A DNA stretch of 63,813 bases, the filler included, from Hyphochytrium catenoides (lineage: Eukaryota > Protista > Hyphochytriomycota), in NCBI GenBank assembly GCA_900088475.1. It is 10 parts of 10 records of this genome, joined end to end, with 100 filler letters (N's around TTAATTAATTAA, not from the genome) between each part and the next. Parts side by side here need not be neighbours in the genome. Positions count along the whole stretch, not along the records: positions 19,963 to 45,587 come from FLMG01002559.1; positions 45,688 to 48,361 come from FLMG01004327.1; positions 48,462 to 52,889 come from FLMG01004754.1; 7 more parts are not named here. One strand, given 5' to 3'. The notes under the pieces are model-generated. The model had not been told where the DNA came from and did not search any database. It saw nothing but the letters and a program-made list of their open reading frames with translations. Within the stretch, counting starts at the first letter, position 1. Each line of letters opens with the position of its first letter. The position numbers and the translations under genes are program-made. Below, one piece after another: positions 37,336 to 48,726 of this stretch.

Positions 37336-38365
37336 CTCTAGGGGTCCCTGCTAGAGGTTGACTTAAGCTGCACTCGACGTCCGTAGTCTACCGAGTTCAA
37401 TGTAACGAAGGGACCGGCTGCTCCATAAACTGTGCCACAGCCCAGCACGCAGGGGAGCTGCCTATTGTCTGTGAGGTTATATAATGTAACCAGGCTCCAG
37501 GCGACTCCTCTTGTCCCCTGAATGTGGCTGCAGGTTGTCCTTGGGCTTCATAATGCGCATGCCAAGGACGCCATCAGATGCTGAGGAGGAGGAACGAAGA
37601 GCAGAGGCGCCATCATTATTCTGATTGAGAACATGTCCCAAGCGAATGGCGAATGGCCTCTCGTCACGAATAACATTGTACGATATTTAGAATCGAAGAC
37701 TCTAATCCCGAATATGCCTGCATTGAAGCTTCATCCTCAGAAACAATCTGCATCTTCTCAGAGTTCAAACTGAAGCTTTCTACAGATCTAGGAAGTGCTG
37801 ATGGCTGATGGAGACCGATCACTGATGATGTCTATGCTGCAGGTTTGCTGATGCAAGTCATTGTACCTGGACACACTAGGGTCGTTAAGAGTGCCGTTTG
37901 GCCTTGACCATCTCGCGCCTCTGCCACACACGTGAAATGAAAGAGAATATGACCCCATACACAGGAATCTGGATGTGCTATGGCATTGATTACTTTGTAA
38001 ACTACGAGGGACTGGGTTCTTATGATGGAAGTCTGAAGCCATGCTTATAGATATGGATGCAAGAGATAGACATCCTACTGGACGTCTTCTTGCAACGCGC
38101 TGTGCGTTAGGCTCCTTTCTATTAGATCAAATGCATTAGGAGACTATACAGGTACTGCTGCTCGGCCCATTCAAGCATCCTGAATGATAAGGCAGCGCAC
38201 TTCTTTGGGCTAGAGAGCAAGTAAACTCCCTGTACAATATAAAATATGTTAAGACACATGTGTACGGACGTCCCTGGTTCTAATTCAGTTGGCTGCTTGT
38301 GCCTCTAAAGAGAGAGCGACGGCTGCGTAGCCCTCCCGGAGACGATAGAAGGGTGGAGTCTTTCT

Positions 38366-41300
38366 TTATGAGTCGTCTGCAAAGCGTACCCTTCTCCTGG
38401 CTGAGGGCCTTACTTCGTCTCCATCCAGCTCTGCTCCGTCCGTAATCCCTACCGCTGACGTTGCTACCAAAGGTGAAAATTCTCTCCTCGGGTCTGCCTT
38501 TTCTTCCGGTACATTAAGCTTTCTCTCTGGTCCTCTCTGCACTGCCTCCACGAACTTCAAATTCTGCAGCAAGAAATGCAGGCGCGCTTGATCGTTCCCT
38601 TTCACTCCTTGCTGCGTGAACAGAAGGCACATGCAGACAGAAAAGTAGCAAGATTCCAGAAGGATAGTTAGACAAACAGGGCAGCCCTTTCTTAACCCCG
38701 ATTAGCAACTTTACGTCCTTCTTTTGACATTGTGTCTCTCTCTTCGTCTCGTCCCATTTCACGGCGGGATGCTCGTCCAACATCCTCGTGGCTCCTCCGC
38801 TGCCACTACCTTACCTCTGCATTGTTCCTCTGATGCATGACAAGCTCCACGGTATCATCCATTATGAGCTGCTCAACTACTACGGAGCTCTTTTGGCCGA
38901 GCCTGTGTGCCCTGCTGATAACTTGATCCTCTAAGCTTTTATCCCAGATCTCGTCCATAAGAAATATGTGGGTCACGAATGAGAGGTCCAAACCGTGGGC
39001 TCCTTCTTTGCATAAGAGTAGGACAGAGACGCCAGGATCATCTCTAAAACGCTGAGGGCAGCGAACAAAGCCAGCGGGGAAAACCAGAGAGTCAGACTAA
39101 ACAAGCGAAACCTCAAGTGAACGGCTCGGTAAATGGCGTTGGCCACCGGAAGATAAGAGCACACGAGAGAGAACGCACAGAGCCGTGTTCCCAGACATGC
39201 CGTCCCGGACTGCAAGACACCACTAAGAGCTGATAGGGAGATATCCTGCTAAGCAAAGAACCAGGGCAGAATACATCCAAGCCGATGGAGCCAAAACTGT
39301 GGGGGTGAGGGCACTAAGATAAGAAACCTGGGATAGGCAGAACTTGCCTACCTGCAGCTCCAACGACCGCTTGCTCCCGAAGAAGTGAGCAACTCTGAAC
39401 CCATGCGAGGTGAGCGCCTCTTCGATGCCATTCAAGTACATGCGGAACTGAGAGAAGACGATGGCCTTTAGAGCAGACACTGGCTGAGGTCGAAGCTGAC
39501 GAGGAAGGGATGCGAGGTTCGCATAAAGATTGTCTCGTTCATTCCTTTTTTTCTCTAGATCTTTCTCTCTTTGAACTTCTCGCAACCTTTCTATGAGGTG
39601 CTTCGCCTTGGACACACTTTCCCAGCTGCTGTCCTGATCAGACTCATCATCTTCCGCAAAAAGGACATCGTTATTTCGCCCTCTTTCTCCCACGTCAGCA
39701 GAGCTAGACGGCAATTGAGAGGGCGGCAAAGGCTGGAGGCCCACTGTCTCGTTTCTTAAGGTGTTCCGTTCAGTCACTTCCGTTATAGATGCAGGCGAAT
39801 GAAGAGATGAAGCTGCTGGTTGAGAGGCGGTGGTGCCAAGAGCTGGTGGCACCGCAGAGGAAGCTGAAGGCTTGCCTCCTGTAGCAGGAAGGGCATCGTG
39901 CCATTTCCAGTTGAGCTCAAAGCCCGGTTGTATGGCCTGGAACTCATCTGTATCAAAATGTCTCTTGCACACCGCGCAATAAGGCGTAAACTCCCAAGGC
40001 GAATTGTCTTCCTCTCCCTCTTTTCCTGATGCCTTCGCACTCCCTCTCCGTGTCACTTTATCCATGCATAGGACGCAGATAAGGTGACCGCATGGCGTGA
40101 GAAGGACTAGCTGGAATTGCTGGAGGCAATATCCGCATTCTTCTCTAAGACCTACCAAGTAAAGACAGACACATAATCATAGGAGAGATTGGCAGCAATG
40201 AGGAAGCTGTCGACACGCCGTTCGACCGCGAGCTAAAGAATTGGACCAAAGCTAGCCCACTATCTGCCAACGCATATCCATTCCTCTGCCTTCACTAGTC
40301 ATACCTGCGGTTGCTTTCCTTATCATTGTTCGCGCCAAGTGCAACAGCCGTCGGTCGGTGCACCACGAGAAGATACTGTTAGCACTGTGATTATAAGCAA
40401 TCTGCTGAAGACCTCCGCCGCAGCAAGCCACCCTATAGGCCAGCAATGAGTAGAGTAACCTCGGTACTTAGTGGAGCCCAGCAAAGACGCCAGGCAGTAG
40501 GCAGTACGTTCCTCTATCGACATTAAAACCTTCATGACATCCATCCAGCATTACCTGAGATTGTGCAGTGTTTCCATCGCGTACTTGCGGTTGGCTGGGT
40601 TTAAGAGATTATCTGGATGTCTAGGGCCCGCCGGATGGTTACCATCCACCATGCCTATTGGCAAGCAGGACATTAGCACCAAAATAAAGGCAACGAGCCT
40701 ATAAGACGCTTGGCACCCCTAGCAGACCGCAATTACATCCAACAATATCAGTAGACTTGACACCGGAACTAGCATCGAAGTCAACAGCTTGACTTGGCAG
40801 CGCACATCACACAACGTCTCAAAAACAAGGCGGTCATGGACTAAACAAGGTGGTTTGGATCTCATCACCGGTCCATGGACCGAAGAGACCCGAGATGAAG
40901 AGAATGAAGAGCAGAGAAGGTCGTCCACAAGACGTCGCGTGCCGCCACCAACCTGTGATGATAAGATTCGCCAGGCAGAAGCTGGCAATTGTATTGTATG
41001 AAGCGGCTTCAACAGGTGACATCCGGAGCACCCGATGAATTCGACTTGGGGGTCGTAGTTCGTCAATTGAAGACTGAAAAGGAGAGCGTTAGCCCTTCTG
41101 CAAATAGCTTTCGTAATCTCATCAACTCTCTGTTAGCAAGCCTCTCGTAGTGGCTTATGCCACCACTTTGTTATATCTTCATATTCAGGCTTTTTTCACG
41201 GTTTATCTTACCTTGAGATGTCTTATCATTATCCGCTGTACGATGTCTCTTAAGCGCAGGAACGCCCGCAGCTTTTTCGCCTGGCATAATGGTATAGGCT

Positions 41301-44300
41301 TAGTGATAGAAGAAAGGTCTTGAATTGGAACTATGAATGGTATATGAGTTGCTCTGTAAGACCAATGTAAGTTCTCAATGTGTCAGCTCAAAACATAAGA
41401 CCAGTCATAAATACGGCGTAGTAAAGCCTCCAACTATTGAGAAGAGCTCAGCATAATGTGATAGCCAAAGTGAGAGCTAACATGGAATGGCTGTGCCACA
41501 AGGTTATTCCATCTTCCACCGTCATCTCGGCCGAAGGAGTGATCGCCCAAAAAGCGTAGTAGTCCGTAAAGATACTTAAGGTCATTGCTCGTGGATGTGC
41601 TGGGGGTTGGGGTGCCTAGGGAGACAGCGGGAAAATAAAAAGTAAGGCCTGGCAGTATGTAGTATGGTATGCGGTGGCTCTAGGCAGGCAATGACTCTGC
41701 GCTCAACCAGCAATTGCGAGAGGCACATGTGACGCAAACAAGAAGACACAAAATGACAGACAGACTAGAAAATAGAAGACAAAGGCACGGCAAGGAACTA
41801 GGACAGTACCGGTCATGACCCACTTATACTCGGCCTTTAGAGCCGACGCCAACTGGCCGGCATCCGTTATGCTCAAAGTCCCTAAAGAGTGGCCCTGACC
41901 GGTCATATGACACGATAGAACGTTAGAATAAAATCCCTAAACGGTGCCAAGCTAAACGGTGCACAGCGAGACAGAGTGACCGATGGCTCCGTCAAACTGC
42001 CGAGCACGACATAGAGCATGAAGACTCTATCAGACTGCAAACGGGGGACATAGGGAATAGGGAGTAAATTGAACGAAAACGTTGGCGCCTTTCTAAACTG
42101 GCGGACTAACGACCAGACGTGGCCCACCTACAGGTGGCCGTTCACGCTGTCTTCCGTCCATGGCAATGAGCATGGGCATGACCCTTCCACCGTTCAAGAT
42201 TGCAAAGCGAAATGCACAAAGCTGCCTCAGAAGGACAAAAGAGCAGAGGACGACGCTCTTGGCGCTGTCTTGGTAATTGTACCTCGTCTATGATAACCCT
42301 GACCCAGTAAACCTTAAGTAGGTTGCTGACACGCAGTCGCTTCCCTCCGGGTACTCCAGCGCCGCCATAGAACACTTCGTCACGGAGTCTCATTGGCAAT
42401 CTCTCCTCTGCGTAAAATAAGGTAGCAACAGAGGTAAACTAGCTCAGCGAAGGCACGGATTGTAGGGTCGTTCATATCCAACGCAAAGTGATTCTGCCTC
42501 GGGACAGAGATGCGGCATGACAGAGACCCTAGCCCAAAGAGGAACAGCAACCGAGACACAATAGGCTCATAACACGAACGGAATTCTGATGGTTGAAATG
42601 GATGCAAATGGTCAAAGGGAAAAGGAGGGAGAGGTCAGCATACCTAGAGCACAAGCTGGCCTTCCCTCTCTCCATTCTAAGGAAAGTCTTCTAAAAGTTG
42701 TGACCACAAGTTCACAGCTTGCCAAAGTCTCAGCAGAGGGGAGAGGTTTCGTAACACGATCAGAATCAAAGAGGATTCTGGAAAGCGAAGAGGGTGAAAG
42801 ATGCTTCTCCAGTTGACTCTTCCAGTGGCCCAACAGAGGGGAAGGTACAATAATAAGAGTTGCGGAAGACGAAAGAAGGTCTTCTCCTCTCACTTCTCTC
42901 TTCCTTGTCAGAGGTGAGCGAAGATGATAACCCTCGACCTTTCTCTCCATTGCCTGCTGCTTAACTGCTGTTACCGACGTCTCTCTCCCATCTCTATACC
43001 CTGAGTCCTGCACCATGACAGAAGGTGGATGAGATGTGGGGACAGGAAACCTTGAGGCTTGGGTCCCGGCCCTCATTCCTCTTGTTTTTGCTATCAAGGA
43101 GAGGCAGGTGACTGTCTTTCCAAGACCCGGCTCGTCACAAAGCATTCCACCCGGAATGTCAGGAAGACTTGGGGTAGGGCCAACCAGGTAGTGCCCAGTT
43201 ATGAGGTTGACATTTATCATCAGTCCTAGACGCAGTGGTGAACAGTAACAACCACAAGAGGAGGCACATAAGATTGAAAATAGTGTTTAGTTGTCAGCTG
43301 TGACACACCTAACGTTTGCGATAGTAATAAGGAATTAGGGGGAAACAACCAGAAAATCGGCAGGAGGAACACTTAGCGAGAAGCTGACGATGGATGAAAC
43401 ATTTTAGAGGAATTCCTGAGACTTCTTACGGGCACTTATACCTTCAGTTGTCCTCAATGGTAGATAAAGAGGATCTATAACCGCCCTCTTTTTGGCTTCC
43501 CTTCCCATCATCCACCTAAGACAGCGAACTTGGTGCGGCAGTAAGCGGAGGATTGCCCCAGGCACAACTGCCATGGACACATTGCGGATGGACCTAAGGG
43601 ACAACAATGCGGTCAATGTACGTGGGATATCGGAGACACTCAGCAGATATAGCAAACGAGATGCGGGCTCGAACCTGGCAGAATCACCAAAGAATAAGCA
43701 CAGGAGACATTGCGTGACTTAGGGCAAACTCAAGATTTTGACTAGCGTCGGAAGCGGACTTATGGACAAGAGACACTCTTCTAACCTTACCGGCAAGTCA
43801 CTGACATGCGGCCTAGATCTGTAGGCCCTAAAAAGTTGAGGACGATCTCAAGAGTGTCTTGAGAAAGAGGGGACAGAAGACCCAAAGATTGAAGAAAGGA
43901 TCGTTCCTCTGTGATAAGCTTCGCCTTCCATTCTCTCTCATGACGCTCATCTAGAAGCTCCTGAGCGCTTTCGTAAGCAGAGCTAAGAGTAGTGGACGGG
44001 GGATGGACTTCCTTTTCTCCAACCACTCTTGGCAAGCAAAGATCCGAGCTCTTTCCTACCACGTTTCCTTGCTCCTCACCCTCTACGTCATTCGACCTCA
44101 TGCATGCCTGTTGGCAGTCCGAGATAACGGAGAGCAGAAAGAGCTTCTTCTGTAGATGTTTTCTGTTCCTGTATACAACTTCGTCCTTCAAATTCAACTC
44201 TACCTCAAAGAAGAGTTCTGCCTCCAAGTCTGTTTGACAGCTTACCTGGGCTTCAAAGGTAAGCTGTGACCAAAGCGTTTGCATTGAAAGGTACGGAGGA

Positions 44301-44922
44301 CCAAGAGTGAGATGACGGCCACGTGGTGAAAGAGAGTGAGAAGACGAAAGCAAACCATAATATGAAGTAAAGAACGGAAAAGTGAATGGCCACACGCGAA
44401 AGCAAGAGCAAAGGCAAGAACTAAAAGCAATCACAAGGTTGGCCCAAGGGCGGAAGGAAGAGTAAACAGAGCAGGTACACACGAGAAGAGGTGCAATGAT
44501 ACCTCTCCTTCGTCTTCCAAGAGCAAGAGAGCTCGCAGCACCTCTCCAGAGGTGACGGCAGCTGTTTGTGCAGAGAACTTTGTCGGTGGCTTTCTATGGG
44601 AAGGGGTAGTAGAAGCGAATGCATTTTTATCTTTTGAGGAGGAGCGTTTCCTCTTTTTGCTGCTAGGCCCGCAAGCAGAGGATGAAGATGAGGAGAGAAA
44701 GGAGGCCGCAGGGAGAGCTTCATCTCTGTGAATCGCTGGAATATCATAGAGAAGAGTGCCAGTAGAAGAAGACATTTCCAGATAGGAAGGTCTGAGAAAC
44801 TTCACTTCTTGGGCTTCTTGTTCCCCGTTTACCCTTGGCTCCACGGCTTCTGGGGGCCCATTCTGCACCCTTTGAAGGGGCGTCAGCCTCACCTGCAGGC
44901 GCAAACCTCCCAAGCAGGGCAT
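38366..44922 (-). CDS. F-box + SNF2-family helicase with RING insert (Rad5/16-like; resembles the Arabidopsis At3g54460 type)
   Basis: F-box LSPLSQDTLEIVLNFLGPTDLGRMSVTCR; LLPHQ..LRWM; GGMLCDEPGLGKT; TLIIVP; RVIIDE|GH; WVMTG|TP; RING CGYC..TPCGHLICVLC..CAVC; KAIVFSQF; GAHGLDLSFVTHIFLMDEIWDKSLEDQVISRAHRLG. Confidence 0.9.
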
Positions 44923-44997
44923 TTTAACGTCGCTGCTAGTAGAACTTCTGTAAGCTCAGAGCTCCGATCCAGCAGACCTCCGAGAAGAGAGCAGCAG

Positions 44998-45043
<46 letters not shown>

Positions 45044-46171
45044 GAGACAGAGACAGAGAGAGAGAGAGCGAAAGAGAGAGAGAGAGAGAGCTTGCGAAAA
45101 AGAGAGAGAAAGCGGCGAGAGAGAGAGAGAGAGTGCGGCGAGAAAAAGAGAGAGAGAGTGCGGCGAGAAAGAGGACAAGCCAAAGGCCGCTACGTCCAAC
45201 TTTAATCTCGATGTGTCATCGAAGGACTTTCAATAGCTGAATGAGCCTTGACCTGAGCATGCATCAGGAGAAGCTCTCGTCAAAGGTCACGATGGAAGAG
45301 CCATGAGCAGGGTTTTTCTCCTCTCCGTGCAGTCTCTCCTTCTCTCAGCCTCTGCTCTCTTCTACCGACTGAGCAGGTAGGGCTTCCTCACTGAGGGTGG
45401 TCGTGAGGGGTGGTGGCAGCAGCAGCGGAGCTGAGATCGTTGCTGCTCAACAGCTGATGGAATCTGACAGATGGATTCTTATTGAAGCAGCTGGAGACAG
45501 AGGAACAGAGAAAGAAGAGAGGGCGCGAAAAACGAGGGAGCGACAGCGAGAGAGAGGAAGAGGAAGAGAGAGAGAGAGAGAGAGAGANNNNNNNNNNNNN
45601 NNNNNNNNNNNNNNNNNNNNNNNNNNNNNNNTTAATTAATTAANNNNNNNNNNNNNNNNNNNNNNNNNNNNNNNNNNNNNNNNNNNNCAGTCAGTTAGTT
45701 GATCAAGAAAACGCAAGTAAGAGATCTAAAAAAATGATCAACGGAATAATAAAGTCGTTTTGTAGGACGGGAGCTGAATGGGGCAGGCGACAGAGATCTT
45801 CATGCCCCTGGGACTACGCTAGAGCTAAAGGGGACGGCAATAGCATTTGTTGTAAAGGGACAGCAAGAGAACCTGTACATGGAAAGATCAAGAAGACTAA
45901 GGGCGAGCAAGTGGAAGGTAGGAGCCAACCAATTACGAGACGTAGTGAAAGAAAGACATTTTTTGCTATCTGACCTCATTTATGACGTAAGGAGAGGCGT
46001 GCCGCACAACGAACCGAAGGAGCCGTTGCCCTCGGCAAAAGTCAGAGAGAGATGCGCAAACTGCAGGGATAACTGTCCGACAAACATAGTCCACCGAGGT
46101 CCACTCTAAACCAGGAGATGAAGTATTCGAGCAAAGATAAGTGCCATTGGCGAGGGTTCAAAGTACGAAAG

Positions 46172-47684
46172 TCAGATAGTAGGTGAGATGCGTGGAGGAG
46201 CTGCAGGCACAGACCATGCGACAGACTGTGGGTTACCTCTTAGAGGATGTAGCTTCTGCCTTAAGGTTTCCTCCTCTTCCTCAGCTTCTTTAGATGCCAG
46301 TGCTAGCTGCAAATCGTCTATCTTCCACGCTTCGGTGAGGTCTTCCTCCAGAATGCGAGCTTTCTCAAGAGAGCTACGACTATTAAGTCGATTGTAGATC
46401 TCCCACCAGAAAGAGTTAGCGGTGCGAGCTGTAAGGCAAGGATCAGTGCTTACATCGCGTGGCAAAAGATTGTTGCGGATGGAAGCTTGATCAGAGCCTT
46501 CGGAGTAAGAAGCTTTGCCAGAGGTGACGACGAGGTGATCTTAAGATGGGTAGTTGCGCAGTGATATAGAGGGTTGAAGAGAGGAGCCAGATATGCAGTG
46601 CACCTTTGACTGTGTGTAAGATGAGGTTTGAGTATAGAATTGATGTACCTTCTGAGGCCTCAAGTAGCACACGGAGCCCCAAGCTGGAGGCTTTGGGACT
46701 GGCATCTTTGGTCATTCGTAGAAGCAGGGCAACCCTATCAACCTGATTCTGAGAGGGCTCAGATGAACACATCGTGGCAAGGATAGAGAAGAAAGCCCTT
46801 AAGTTCTGATCGGGTCTAGAAGATCCCGATGGCGCCGGAATAGAAAGAGAGGGAGTCGGGGGTGAGTGCTTTGGTACAGTTGACGGCCGTAGTGGTGTCG
46901 TCTGCAAGGCCGCTCCCAGAGCAGTAAGAATGACCTTGACCAATCTCTCCAGGTTCTCCTGAAAAGTTTTGAAAAAGGGTTTCGACATTGCGACAAAAGG
47001 CGTGAGCAAATAGGCAACAACTCTTGCGTAAAATTCTGCTTTAACCACATACATAGAAGGTTGTTCGACAAAAAAATTCAAGGATAGACTCACAGGAGCG
47101 AGTATGGGAAGCAAACTTATGAAGGATAAACATCAACAGCTTTAAGGCCATCAGAGTAGAGAGCGAAGGCTTTCTTCACCTCCGAGGGAGCTTTAGCCAT
47201 CCAATCTTTGAAGTTCACTTGAAAGAGCTTCAAGAACAGCTGCGGTTCAATGTTTGCCTCTTGATTTAACGTCGAGATGTCGGTGTGTAACTCCAGATCC
47301 TTCCTATCTCCTTCTTTCCGGTGAGGGCTAGAGACTTTTGCCCTAGCTAAAAGAGAGACAAATATAAGGCCCGTGGGCAACTCAGGACCAAGAGCACAAG
47401 ATAAGTAGATTTGGAGATAAGGGGAAGTAATGCCGGTGTCGTAACTAATGCGGCCTGACTAGACGCGGGTCTCTTGGTACTGAAGGGCATCCTTATTAGC
47501 AAAATATACCTGGGGATCTCGGTTCAGGAAGTGGGGCGGGAGGGGGTTCGCTTGGTGGCTGCGGAGGAAGAGGAGCAGGCTCCTCTTTGCTGCCTATCGG
47601 AGGTGTTTGTATGTCTGCAATAGAGTCAATCTTCCTTCTTTTTGCACTTGGTGAGTGACTCGCCTCGCCAGGAGGAGACTCCAT
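46172..47684 (-). pseudogene. Chain of broken same-strand ORFs; possible decayed gene or mobile-element ORF
   Basis: Protein-like ORFs 47496-47684, 47117-47380, 46491-47114 and 46172-46465 lie close together in different frames without microsatellite introns. No motif recognised. Confidence 0.3.
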
Positions 47685-48461
47685 CTTTGCGGATCGCTCT
47701 CTCTCATCCTTCCCCGGGGACGCTCTGCTGAGAAGGACTCCTCGTTAGACAACTGAATGAATGAGGAACGGAAAGTACTTGTGTAGCTTGATAGGAGAAA
47801 CAACAATGAGAATTCTAGAGGCCAAGCAGACAGATGGCAAAGTGTCCGACCTACTGCCAGACGACTACATCACAACCAGCACTGATGTAGTGAAACACTA
47901 GAGGCATCTCCACCTTGATGAGGGTGAGCTATTGTTCCCTTTTACTGCGCTTCCTCCTTTGGGCGTAGATCCGATTGAATGCAGAGGAGGTGAGGGCTCC
48001 GAAGGAGGAAGAGGAGGTGGCGATAGTTCTCCAACACCTTCCGTAGGAGCGCCCTCGCCAAAATGTGCTGGAAAAAGGCGCCGAAGGGTGGCACTGAGCT
48101 CTGGGTTCTCAACAAGAAGTGGAAACGACCTGTACAGAGGTAGTGCGGCTGTTTGTCAATCAGCGTCTATGGGTCAAGAGGGATTCAGCAAAAGTATGGC
48201 GAGGGTGAAGTGGCATGTGAAGATGCCATACAACCAATTCCGAAGACTACTAAGATTGAGCCAGTATAGAATCCAGTGGATGCTCAACATCAGAAAAAGA
48301 AATGGTGGAGCCCGGAGACCTGAGAGTGTCTGTACTTGTGATGACTCTGTTGTTTATCATGNNNNNNNNNNNNNNNNNNNNNNNNNNNNNNNNNNNNNNN
48401 NNNNNTTAATTAATTAANNNNNNNNNNNNNNNNNNNNNNNNNNNNNNNNNNNNNNNNNNNN

Positions 48462-48669
48462 GGCGATGGCATTGTGACTGAGATTGAGCTCCTTCAGCGC
48501 TGACAATGGCAGGAGCTGCGGCGGCAGAACCTGAAATCTATTGCGAGAGAGATCCAACATCCGCAGCGACTTCAGCCCGCCGAAGGACGGAGGGAGAGAG
48601 AGAAGGCGGTTTCTCGAGAGGTGGAGGCCTTCGAGACTCCAACAGCTGGGCAGCGTGTCTGGCAGGGCT

Positions 48670-48726
<57 letters not shown>

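Noticed and set aside
44264-44502. GTATCATT donor resembling a GT-AG U12 site in the SNF2 gene
   Set aside because: It mismatches the core at +6 and has no TCCTTRAC branch near the acceptor, so I treated it as U2.
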